Source: Flavobacteriales bacterium
GTDB lineage: Bacteria > Bacteroidota > Bacteroidia > Flavobacteriales_G > Salibacteraceae
NCBI GenBank assembly: GCA_003499525.1
Contig: DNTB01000096.1
Location: 34,695 to 98,694 of the forward strand
Direction of reading: 5' to 3'
Length of the DNA: 64,000 nucleotides
Of this stretch, positions 37,101 through 41,414 are shown piece by piece. The translations under genes and the position numbers were made by a program. Every line of letters starts with the position of its first letter. The stretch's first letter is position 1. The notes beneath the pieces were generated by a model. The model saw nothing but the letters and a program-made list of their open reading frames with translations, was not told the DNA's origin and did no database searches.

Positions 37101-38940
37101 TGAAGTTGATGCAGGACCGGATCAGTCGATTTGCGATAACCTTCCAAGCATTCAGCTGTCAGGCTCAGTAAGTCAGGGTGCTTCGACAGGTTCATGGACC
37201 TCAACGGGTACTGGGAATTTTATACCAAACAACCAGGATCTGAATGCATCTTACGAACCAAGCGCGGCAGACAAGATCAATGGCGGAGTTCTTATTATTC
37301 TCACATCGACCTTTAACGGAACCTGCTTTGCAGAGTCCGACACTATGGTTTTGACATTTAGTGATGGAATTATCTCAGATGCCGGATTAGATCAACAAGT
37401 CTGCGCAACTGCCAGCTATGCCCAGATGCAAGGGCTAGTATCAAACGGTTCAAATACAGGACGCTGGACTTCCGTTGGTACGGGCACATTTGTACCAAAT
37501 GATACTGCGTTAAACGCAGAATATCACTTTAGTGCGGGAGATGTAGCTAATGGTTCTGTGCTGCTCATCCTGACTTCTACTAATAATGGAGGCTGTTTAC
37601 CGGCCCGTGATACAATGCGTCTATCCTTTGGACCATCAGTCTTCGTCGATGCTGGTGATGATCTACAATTATGTCGCAATTCAACGAATTTACAGTTGAA
37701 CGGGTTTATTACAGGTGGCTCAATAACAGGGTCGTGGTCTACGAATGGAACTGGAATATTTAGTCCCGGAAATCAGTTTTTGAAAACAACCTATGCTCTG
37801 TCAGCACAAGATTTAAATCAAAATACGCTGGAATTCTATCTTACATCAACCAACAATGGCTCTTGTTTACCTGGTTTTGATACTATGATCGTCTCAATTG
37901 TGGATGAACCAAATGTAAATACAGGTGGGCCCTATGTCGGATGTTCGTATCAGAACGAAGTATTGCTTTCGCCCACCCTAATGAATACGAATAGTGTTCT
38001 ATGGTCTTCAAGCGGAACGGGCTTCTTCTTGCCCAATGATACCACTCCAAATGCCGAATACATGCCCAGCCTGGCTGATATTGCAGCAGGCGATGTAAAT
38101 ATTGAACTACTTGGTCTCGGAATTGCGAACTGTCCGAACATCAGTGACTTTAGCCGTATTGACTTCATTTCACCTGTAACCGCAGGGTTTACTTGGGATG
38201 AAGCATGTCAGGGTCAATCGGTCCAATTTACCGACACCTCTAAAGTTACAAGTGGTCAAATAGACTCATGGTTCTGGGATTTTGACAATGGTAGAACCTC
38301 TACTACACAGTTCCCATTCATCGAGTTTAGGGATGCCGGCAATTTCGATGTAAAACTAGTTGTGACCTCCTCACTGGGATGTGATGATTCCATCACACAT
38401 GCGGTTTACATAGAGCCAGCACCAAATGCAAGATTTGATGTAACTCCATTAGTTCAAAAAACCAATCTACCTGTAAACTTCGTAGACAATTCAGAGCGGG
38501 CTACGGAAAGAATATGGGATTTTGGCGATGATCAGGGTTCTATTGACCCAGTCACTCAGCACACTTATACTGACACTGGTACATATCTGGTAATGCTCAT
38601 CGTGCGAAGTGATCTGGGATGTCGAGATACGGCAACATATAATATGGTCATTGAAGAAGACTTCATTTATACCGCAAGAGTTCCTAACGCATTTACTCCA
38701 AATGGAGATGGAATAAATGACTACCTCATTATTGACGGCGGGCCATTCGCAGAACTGGAACTCAAAATTTATAACAGTTGGGGTAACCTGTTATATGAAT
38801 CCAATGACGTAAATGCAGCCTGGGACGGCACATTCAAAGGGCGAGTACAGCCCAATGGAGATTATATCTATACGGTAAAAGGAGTTAATGTAAGAGGAGA
38901 GCGCTTTAATCGCTCTGGTAGTATCACGTTAATGAGATGA
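19180..38940 (+). CDS. Giant (6586 aa) T9SS type B cargo: signal peptide, ~464-aa head, ~65 tandem two-Cys modules, 2 PKD domains, gliding-motility-type (CHU_C) C-terminal domain; SprB-like architecture
   Basis: Single uninterrupted ORF. Signal peptide MKKTSTPERYPFRTLFLLLTLLLSLTLAQAQ. Modules of 88-96 aa share xDAGxDQxxCANNxxxxLNG...GGxWxGGxGxF...LNxxYTPxxxEIxxGxVxLxLTxxGNGxCxxxxDxxxIxFTPAP. C-terminus VPNAFTPNGDGINDYLII...GDYIYTVKG...ITLMR. Confidence 0.95.
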   Translation: MKKTSTPERYPFRTLFLLLTLLLSLTLAQAQTSTEFWFAPPYITAGDTGNPPTNYQEPLLLRITSSDLASTITITMPALGATAFGGAGSIVVNIPANTQQTVDLSAYKNDLFTAPWDTILNTGLKISATEEITVYYEVNSSRNPDIFALKGQNALGTQFYTPFNNSFGNGSKDDPPYTAFDIVATEDNTTVWIYPRVALEGGHPPLQAYSIVLDEGQTYSGAVASSDSGAVNPAGTVVASDKPIAITIKDDFAEPGPGTCKDLMGDQIVPVDIIGSEYVVVKGSLTNNIERVFLTATQNFTQILVDGAPETTLFAGETYDLPISNNLTHILCSNPTYALHISGFGCEVGAGLLPGLNCAGSDKVSFVRSVKANFGINVMVPAGNEGLFTINGDPTLLQAADFAVVPGTGGAWVGAKKEFDTLEIVPEISNTIQNTGSVFAMGIFNGNNSGTGARYGYFSEFSSKVFVDAGADRNSCENADVANLGGSVSGGAVSGEWTTSGDGTFLPNSTDLNATYEPGPVDIANGSVILTLTSTGNCFPVSDDMQVTFTPAPTADAGLDADICLNNTTINLNGAVTQAGGGQWSGGSGGSFLPNALTLNANYNPSPADLANGSVTLTLTTVAMASNCNAVDDVVTYTFIDAPLVDAGPASQNICSNNSDITLNGSVSWAHGPNPSVTWSTNTVVNPGAFDDPNALSTIYRPSGTELANGSVTLTLTSAATGSCNTVSDDIIINFTPSPTIIFDPSSSNDVCANNNEINLSAFLTVVTGGTWSGGLGSFSGGATGLLNNIYTPTAQEVLDGTVTLTLTTTTGIGNCTAVSSDVTVTILPAPIVTATTPTTNKCANNASVPLTGSVTTPSGTPGIGVWTTTGSGQFLPNASISNPSYVPHPNDISNGSVVLTYTSMFSSPCLEESAQLTINFFPAPTVLVGTNPLSVCENNAEVVLNGTIVDAFGLPLTGTWSSNGTGIFTPNANDLNGTYTPSASDIANGTVQLTLSSDPAAGCNSVQEVLTVNFTPSPSVTATANPTTICTNNSDVVLDGTIVGASGGVWLGGLGVYSGGPNDLSNNTYTPTNAELSAGTFTLTLESTGNLNCNPVQDNVVITVIDEPIVDAGADFTYCTNNAGVPLNGIIQLFGPITGNSLWTSLGTGSFADPSAPTTTYSPSAADLLAGSVTLQLTYTSSSICNPVTDQIVVTFIDPPVVDAGPASINICENNAVTALNGSITFASGPTPPSLWSTSGGGSFDNPNDLVTNYNPTLADIAGGGGSVTLTLTSTPTLGCLSESDNIVVNFTPEPTVSIVAPPEVCANNSVITVSGSVTNATGGTWSNVNGLFSGGVNDLNNNDYTPTVPEINNGSVTFVLTTTGMGNCNAVQASQTVTVIDAPIVDAGANQTVCANNASITLNGTVTADLGGNGGLGTGQWSTSGTGSFANSNNLNTTYTPSAADIAAGTVDLTLTSTVNGLCTEESDAITITIVPSPVVDAGPATVDICANNSDVSLIGSITFSSGAPPLGTWTTSGSGSFVNANDLATTYIPSVADISGGAGSVTLTLTSDPTAGCLSESDNIVVNFTPAPTASIVAPAEVCANNSVITISGSVSNATGGTWSNVNGVFSGGPNDLNNNDYTPTVPEIINGSVTFILTTTGIGNCNSVQSSYTVSIIDAPIVDAGTSQTVCANNASIALNGTITSDVGGNGGLGTGQWSTSGTGSFANANNLNTTYTPSAADIAAGMVDITLTSTLNGLCASESDVITLTIVPSPVVDAGPPNVSICANNSDVNLVGTITFGSGAPPPGTWTTSGSGSFANANNLSTTYIPSAADISGGSGSVTLTLTSDPTANCLSEFDNIVVNFTPAPTASIVAPAEVCANNSIITVNGSVTNATGGTWSNVNGTFSGGINDLNNNDYTPTNPEINFGSVTFILTTDGVGNCLPVQASRTVDIIVAPIVDAGPDATVCANDASVNLSGTITNDVGGNGGFGTGVWSTTGTGSFSNPSNLNAIYTPSAADIAAGAVTLRLTSTANGLCNQEFDELVITIIPAPSVDAGMDQSICANNSVTALNGSITFSAGASPGGTWTTNGGGSFDNINDLITNYNPSAGDIAGGAGSVVLTLTSDPTMGCQPVADNLTINFTPAPTASIVSVPEVCANNAIITLNGSVTTATVGTWSNVNGVFSGGVNDLVNNDYTPTVPEINSGTVTFILTTNGNGNCLPVQASRTVNIIDAPVVDAGSDFTVCANNSAVALNGVINTDGGGNGGSGTGLWTTSGTGSFANAGNLNTTYTPSAADIAAGTVDLTLTSTLNGLCFGASDVITLTIVPSPVVDAGPANVDICANNAVTPLNGSITFSSGAPPPGLWTTSGTGVFADPNNTITDYTPSAADLTAGSVTLTLTSSPTAGCLSESDDIIVNFTAAPTADIFAPAEVCANNSIITLNATVTSATGGTWSNVNGVFSGGVNDLLNNDYTPTVPEITGGSVTFILTTTGVGNCNVVQTSHTVTIIDAPIVDAGANQVVCANNANISLNGTVATDASGNGGFGTGQWSTSGTGSFANANDLNTTYTPSPADITAGTVDLTLTSTVNGLCLSESDALTITIVPSPVVDAGPATIDICANNPDVDLIGSITFSSGAPPPGTWTTTGTGTFADATSLVTTYTPSAADIAGGLGTVTHTLTTAPTAGCLSESDNIVVNFTPAPVVNINSVPEVCANNSIVTLNGTVSNATGGIWSNVNGTFSGGATGLVNNDYSPTNPEIAFGSVTFILTSTGQGNCLPVQDSRTVTIIEAPVVDAGTDQTVCANNANIALSGTVTTDPGGNGGPGTGQWSTSGTGSFANTNNLNTTYTPSAADIAAGTVDITLTSTLNGLCLGASDVITLTIVPSPVVDAGPATVDICANNAITSLTGSITFSSGVPPPGLWTTSGSGTFADPTNPITDYTPSAADITAGGVLLTLTSAPTAGCLSESDDVLVSFTPAPIVNINSVPEVCANNSIVTLNGTVANATGAIWSNVNGTFSGGATGLVNNDYSPTNPEIAFGAVTFILTSTGHGNCLPVSDSRTVTIIEAPTVDAGGNQTVCANNANVILNGTITTDPGGSGGSGTGQWSTSGTGSFGNINNLSTTYTPSAADIAAGTVDLTLTSTLNGLCLGASDVITILIIPAPVVDAGPISTDLCANNAVAALNGSINFTSGTPPDGLWTTSGTGVFDDPSDLSANYTPSQADITAGNVILTLTSDVTSGCLSESDATTINYTPAPTANAGADPVLCANNSAISLNGAVTIATGGSWSGGLGSFDPSANDLISTYYPTVGEIANDSVMLVLSTTGNNNCNIVRDTLVAYFTPAPTAEAGSDQTVCANNPAVMLNGAITIATGATWTGGTGTFVPNNTTLAAMYTPAPAEIAAGSVKLYLTTSGNGSCNPVTDSMLITITTSPTADAGPDQTACANNATTSLNGSVLVSSGGQWSGGLGAYTPSDTNLAIQYTPTAAEITAGNVTLTLTTRGNGLCLAESDQVTITFTDAPVVNAGPDQIVSANNPNTSLNGSVVGAPGGTWSSGVGIFNPNKNTLNAVYTPTAGEIADDSVNLVLRSTGGAANCLAVRDTMTIFFSPAPIVEAGPPQTVCANNPDIILNGSVTYATGGQWSGGTGLYSPDDITLNATYTPSAAERTAGFVKLFLTSTGNGLSNPVTDSVLFTITTAPTAIAGPDKVTCSNNPTVSINGSVGIATGGIWTGGTGTYTPSDTNLAIQYTPTPAEIGAGSVTLTLTTTGNGLCLAENDEMTIFFDPSPTANAGPDQTVCANNANASLNGSVTIATGGSWTGGGGFFTPNPNTLNAVYTPTLGEIANDSVNLVLSTNITGNCFVERDTMTLYFSPAPVVDAGTPQTVCGNNPEINLSGSVTVAGGARWTGGTGFYVPNDQALNAVYTPSQAEINAGFVRLYLTSINNLTCNPVVDSVLFTINTAPSANAGPDITACANNPTVSINGLVGIATGGIWYGGAGTYTPSDTNLSIQYSPTPIEIATGSVTLTLTTRGNGLCLAEDDEMTIFFTPAPTADAGPDQIACANNADVNLTGAVTVATGGIWSGGAGTFTPNNQSLTVTYTPTSGDIANDSINLILSTSGNGNCNTVRDTMTVRFTPAPTVDAGPDQSICANNAEAQLAGIVTVSPNARWSGGAGLFIPNVFDLNASYFPSPAEITAGQVTIYLTSINNGLCSQVVDSMVITINPAPTVDAGLDITACSNNPAVNLSGAITVATGAVWQNGTGVFNPGNTFLNTQYIPSAAEVSAGTVTLTLESTGNGNCIPETDQVVINFTPAPTANAGPDQTLCSNNADVTLNGSITVAANGRWSGGAGIYNPGPNNLSIVYSPTASEIANDSVNLILETTGNGNCITERDTMTVFFDPSPVVNAGAPQTVCANNPDINLNGSVTVAGGAQWSGGTGIFFPSNTSLNAVYTPSGAEISAGFVKLYLRSIANGLCKPVVDSVVFTITPAPDVNAGNDKFVCSNNPVVTINSFVSGASGGRWLGGAGTYFPSDTVLGIQYNPTQAEVAAGSLTLTLESTGNGLCNAEIDQVTINFTPSPTADAGPDQIVCANNASVNLNGSVTVATGGNWIGGLGNFTPSSSTLNAVYSPTPGEIANGFAELVLSTTGNGTCLSVQDTMMISFLPAPIVEAGLDQSICSNNPTFSLNGSISNAGGGIWTGGTGVFAPGNMSLNASYTPNAAEIAADTLVLYLTSTGNGLCLAEEDSVTIIFTPSPIVNAGPDITLCANNSLTSLNGSIQFAGGGTWSGGTGLFVPGVNVLNPTYTPTAAEIASGVVTLTLSSTGNGKCLAESDDIQITYSPAPTANAGADQILCGNNADATLAGSVTVATGGTWSGGTGSFNPGPGSLNTIYTPTLLEIANGSLDLILTTTGNGSCIATTDTINLSFSAATTVDAGPDTSVCANNPGIQLSGNVTVATGGIWTGGTGTFLPNNTDLNALYTPSPAEIAAGSARLYLTSTGNGTCLPVVDSVIVTITPSPTVSAGVDQTICANFAQVNLNGIVTVASGGTWTGGLGIFTPSNNHLNAQYFPTPAEIASGSVSLTLTSSGNGQCIQVSDQMNITFTLAPTADAGPDQTLCSNNPDVTLNGSVTIATGGRWIGGLGSFNPNANVLNPVYSPTVGEITNDTLELILLTTGNGNCATVRDTMYVYFTPSPTISAGPDELVCANNADVQLGASFTQSGGMLWTGGTGVFTPNPTDSIAIYTPSAFDKSQGSVTLYATTTNNGNCLAVEDSVKISINPAPVVNAGPDLTVCANNPSVNLSGSVSNAGGGKWIGGTGVFFPNDSSLSAQYTPSAADISSGSMTLKLRTTGNGLCLAEEDSMQIVFTPAPDVNAGPDQIACANNSTITLAGTVNNAGGGQWSGGIGIFNPSSTDLSATYSPTAGEILNGFVNLILTSTGNGNCFPESDTLTIQYTPAPTIDAGPDVTVCETNPNSFMLATVNGATGVQWSGGTGSFIPSPNVLNPTYVASASEIANGSVTLTVSSTGNGTCNSVSDQITINFQSSPIANAGPDQSICANNAVANLGGQFINATGGQWSGGAGLYIPSNLVMNPTYQPSPAEIALGGVSLILNTTGNGVCNSAADTMFISITPAPTVNAGPDQQVCENNAITTLIGQVNGSAGGQWNNVAGSFNPSSNALNTNYTPTAGEIASGSIDVVLTSTGNGNCLAVSDTMNISFAPAPQADAGADIDVCENNPIAQLNGNILNSSTAGGVWTGGSGFFNPNPQTLNAVYTPSSSEIAFGQAVLILVTTNVASCTPDSDEVVINIPPAPTVNAGLDQTLCVTNLNAQLNGSVSGSTNTGQWSTNGTGFFLPNNSALNATYVASSQDSINGQVRLILSSTNNGICNPSSDTMFIYILPAGLSNAGPDQTVCANNSIISLSGSVSGGALSGFWTTSGTGTFDPSDSISNPLYIPSMQDRIMGNLVLTYTAISCNAGSDDMTLTITSAPEVDAGPDQSICDNLPSIQLSGSVSQGASTGSWTSTGTGNFIPNNQDLNASYEPSAADKINGGVLIILTSTFNGTCFAESDTMVLTFSDGIISDAGLDQQVCATASYAQMQGLVSNGSNTGRWTSVGTGTFVPNDTALNAEYHFSAGDVANGSVLLILTSTNNGGCLPARDTMRLSFGPSVFVDAGDDLQLCRNSTNLQLNGFITGGSITGSWSTNGTGIFSPGNQFLKTTYALSAQDLNQNTLEFYLTSTNNGSCLPGFDTMIVSIVDEPNVNTGGPYVGCSYQNEVLLSPTLMNTNSVLWSSSGTGFFLPNDTTPNAEYMPSLADIAAGDVNIELLGLGIANCPNISDFSRIDFISPVTAGFTWDEACQGQSVQFTDTSKVTSGQIDSWFWDFDNGRTSTTQFPFIEFRDAGNFDVKLVVTSSLGCDDSITHAVYIEPAPNARFDVTPLVQKTNLPVNFVDNSERATERIWDFGDDQGSIDPVTQHTYTDTGTYLVMLIVRSDLGCRDTATYNMVIEEDFIYTARVPNAFTPNGDGINDYLIIDGGPFAELELKIYNSWGNLLYESNDVNAAWDGTFKGRVQPNGDYIYTVKGVNVRGERFNRSGSITLMR
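22783..28908 (+). repeat. A-B-C three-module super-repeat, 7 full copies plus an eighth A module
   Basis: A-module starts at 22783, 23620, 24457, 25294, 26128, 26959, 27796 and 28627, giving periods of 837, 837, 837, 834, 831, 837 and 831 bp. Confidence 0.9.
28909..36843 (+). repeat. D-E-F three-module super-repeat with a nearly invariant 792-bp (264-aa) period, 10 copies
   Basis: D-module landmark codon at 28909, 29701, 30496, 31288, 32080, 32872, 33664, 34456, 35248, 36040 and 36844. Intervals are 792, 795, 792 (x7) and 804 bp. Confidence 0.88.
38182..38655 (+). other. Two PKD domains of the giant protein
   Basis: VQFTDTSKVTSGQIDSWFWDFDNGRTS...GNFDVKLVVTSSLGC and VNFVDNSERATERIWDFGDDQGS...HTYTDTGTYLVMLIVRSDLGC show the WDFGDG-type PKD signature. 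Confidence 0.85.
38680..38937 (+). other. T9SS type B (gliding motility-associated, CHU_C-type) C-terminal sorting domain
   Basis: VPNAFTPNGDGINDYLII...KIYNSWGNLLYES...WDGTFKG...GDYIYTVKG at the extreme C-terminus. Confidence 0.9.
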
Positions 38941-39959
38941 TTATGAAGACAAAATTTACAATACAGATCACAGGAATAAGCATTTTGCTTCTTCTCATCT
39001 TTTGTGCGGTTGAAGGTCTGTCGCAGGATTTTCATTTATCGCAGTACGATGCGGTTCCAATGATTCAGAATCCAGCAAACACAGGAATGAAAGAGGGCCG
39101 TCACTATAGTGCTTCAGCTATGTATAGAAGTCAATGGAGACCTATCAGTTCCAGACCTTTTTCAACGTTTATCCTGGCCTATGACATGCCTCTTGAGGAC
39201 CGATGGGGCATTGGCGGTTATCTCGTAAATTCAGATGGTGCTAATGTTTTCAATACCTTTCAACTCACCGGATCAGTAGCATACCGTATAACTAGACAAC
39301 GTAGAAGGAGTGCGGGTCATCACCTCTCAGTGGGGGGGCAATTGGGTATGATGTATAAGACTACAGCCAGAGAACTGGTGTTTAATAATCAATACAATCC
39401 GCAAGGTGGAGGGTACAGTAGTGATATTCCAAACTATGAGGATATTGAGAATTACTCCAAGGTTCTCCCCGAGATCTCAATGGGTGCAAATTATCGATAT
39501 GTCAATGACCAGGAAACCATAAAGCCCTTTGCAAGCTTTTCTATTTGGCACATCACTTCACCCAAAGAAGGATTTCTTTCCAACTCCGGCGGTGATGTTC
39601 GGCTACCAAGAAGGTATAATCTGTTAGTTGGTTCGAGGTTTCTGCTGCAGGATCGATTTATTCTTGAGCCGAAAATCAATACCAATATTCAAGGGCAGGC
39701 AACAGAGTATATTTTTGGGGCTGATCTGGAAACCACTTTTGAAGCTCGGGAGGATATTCTTGGAACCTTTGGAGTTCATCACCGTCTGAAAGATGCCATA
39801 ATCATTATTGCAGGGATAGAGTATAAAGGACTGTTGTTTACCATGTCATTTGATATTAACACCACTGAATTAAGTGAATACGTCAAAGGAAGTTCCGCAA
39901 TGGAATTCTCTCTAATCTTTGCACCACGAACAGGAAGAGTAAACTTATTCAGGATATAG
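38937..39959 (+). CDS. PorP/SprF family type IX secretion system outer-membrane protein
   Basis: Signal peptide, then DFHLSQYDAVPMIQNPANTGM (the family hallmark FSQY..P...NPA), 340 aa, beta-barrel-like alternating sequence. Its ATG overlaps the giant gene stop (ATGA). Confidence 0.9.
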   Translation: MIMKTKFTIQITGISILLLLIFCAVEGLSQDFHLSQYDAVPMIQNPANTGMKEGRHYSASAMYRSQWRPISSRPFSTFILAYDMPLEDRWGIGGYLVNSDGANVFNTFQLTGSVAYRITRQRRRSAGHHLSVGGQLGMMYKTTARELVFNNQYNPQGGGYSSDIPNYEDIENYSKVLPEISMGANYRYVNDQETIKPFASFSIWHITSPKEGFLSNSGGDVRLPRRYNLLVGSRFLLQDRFILEPKINTNIQGQATEYIFGADLETTFEAREDILGTFGVHHRLKDAIIIIAGIEYKGLLFTMSFDINTTELSEYVKGSSAMEFSLIFAPRTGRVNLFRI

Positions 39960-40025
39960 TTTAGGCATATTAACTGTGAGTTGATGCTAAATCTGTAGTT
40001 TTATCCAGATTCTATCAGCTCTTTT

Positions 40026-41357
40026 TTGAGTTCAAATACAGACCGGCTCGGTACAGAGCAAATAAGTAAACTACTTGTAAGCCAATCAGTTCCGGCAGCT
40101 ATTGGTATAATGGTGCTGTCCATCTATATGATTGTTGACACCATTTTTGTTGGGCAATTTGTCGGTCCCATTGCTATAGGTGCTGTTACCGTAGTACTTC
40201 CTATCACTTTTCTGATTTCTTCAATTGGTATGGCACTCGGTGTTGGTGGTGGATCTATCATTGCCAGAACATTGGGCTCGCAAAACCAGAATAAAGCCAA
40301 TCGCACATACGGTAACCAAATCACCATGATTGCCGGATTGATACTGGTAGCAATTATCTCAGGAATCTTGTTGGATGAAGAAATTCTCAAACTATTTGGA
40401 GGAAAAGGAGATATTCTTGAACCCGCCCTTTCGTATTACTACATCATTCTGGTAGGAGTCCCATTCCTCGCAACTGCTATGATGTCCAATCAGGTAATTC
40501 GGGCACAGGGATTTCCCAAAACTTCGATGTACGTTATGATGATTCCTGCAGTATTAAATTTAGCTCTGGATCCCATTCTTATAGTTTGGTTAAACATGGG
40601 TTTGGAAGGTGCAGCCTGGGCAACGACCGTTTCTTATGTGTGCAGTGCTTCATACGCTGTTTACTTTATGCTGAGCCCCAAGAGTACTATTAATATAAGT
40701 CTTCATGATCTCATTCCAGATAAAAGCATTATAACTGAAATCAATAGCCTTGGTGCGGTGAGTATGGTACGACAAGGAGTAGTCAGCATTCTCACAATAA
40801 TTATTAATAATACTCTATTTGCATACGGTGGAGAACTGTACATATCTGCCTATGGAATAGTCTCAAGGTTTATGATGTTCGCATTATTTCCAGTAATAGG
40901 AATTGCTCAGGGCATTTTACCCATTGTGGGCTTCAATTTTGGTGCAGACAATTTCTCAAGAGTAAAGAAAACCATCAGACTCTCCCTGGTGAGTGGAACG
41001 GCTGTTTCTTTCCTAATTTGGATCATTATTTTGATATTTAGTCAGGAACTTGTAGGAATCTTCACTAAGGATCCTACTTTAAATGAAATTACACCCCCCG
41101 CTATTATGCTAGTATTCCTGGCTACTCCTTTAATAGGTGCACAACTCATCGGGGCATCTTATTTCCAGGCCATTGGAAATGCGAGAACAGCTTTGTTTTT
41201 GACTCTCACAAGACAAGGTTTTTTCCTGATACCGCTCATTTATATTCTTCCTTTCTATTTTGATATTAATGGGATTTGGTATGCCTTTCCAATATCCGAT
41301 TTTATTGCTTTTTCAATAACGCTCATTTTTATGATCAGGGAATACCGAAAACTCTGA
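40026..41357 (+). CDS. MATE family efflux transporter
   Basis: 443 aa with about 12 hydrophobic segments and two-fold internal symmetry typical of MATE. The only in-frame start in the track is a TTG, so the exact start is uncertain. Confidence 0.85.
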   Translation: MSSNTDRLGTEQISKLLVSQSVPAAIGIMVLSIYMIVDTIFVGQFVGPIAIGAVTVVLPITFLISSIGMALGVGGGSIIARTLGSQNQNKANRTYGNQITMIAGLILVAIISGILLDEEILKLFGGKGDILEPALSYYYIILVGVPFLATAMMSNQVIRAQGFPKTSMYVMMIPAVLNLALDPILIVWLNMGLEGAAWATTVSYVCSASYAVYFMLSPKSTINISLHDLIPDKSIITEINSLGAVSMVRQGVVSILTIIINNTLFAYGGELYISAYGIVSRFMMFALFPVIGIAQGILPIVGFNFGADNFSRVKKTIRLSLVSGTAVSFLIWIIILIFSQELVGIFTKDPTLNEITPPAIMLVFLATPLIGAQLIGASYFQAIGNARTALFLTLTRQGFFLIPLIYILPFYFDINGIWYAFPISDFIAFSITLIFMIREYRKL

Positions 41358-41400
41358 TAAAAAAAAAGTCGTCCGGTTGCCCGGACGACTTCACTATTTT
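41358..41400. terminator. Bidirectional rho-independent terminator between convergent genes
   Basis: 10-bp stem AGTCGTCCGG-ttgc-CCGGACGACT (41367-41390). A 9-nt A run precedes it on the plus strand, which is the T run for the minus-strand gene. A T-rich tail follows it on the plus strand. Confidence 0.8.
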
Positions 41401-41414
41401 ATTTGAATACTAAT

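Larger units (their letters stand above)
20573..38181 (+). repeat. Coding tandem array of ~65 two-cysteine modules (88-96 aa each)
   Basis: I counted modules by hand from the translation. 63 of 65 keep both Cys: C1 in the xCANN start and C2 in the GNGxC near the end. Confidence 0.9.

Noticed and set aside
20573-38181. Long regular tandem repetition that could superficially suggest a CRISPR-like or satellite array
   Set aside because: The period is 264-290 bp with no short direct repeat and spacer structure. The whole region is one open reading frame under purifying selection (silent changes far exceed replacements). No cas genes are present.
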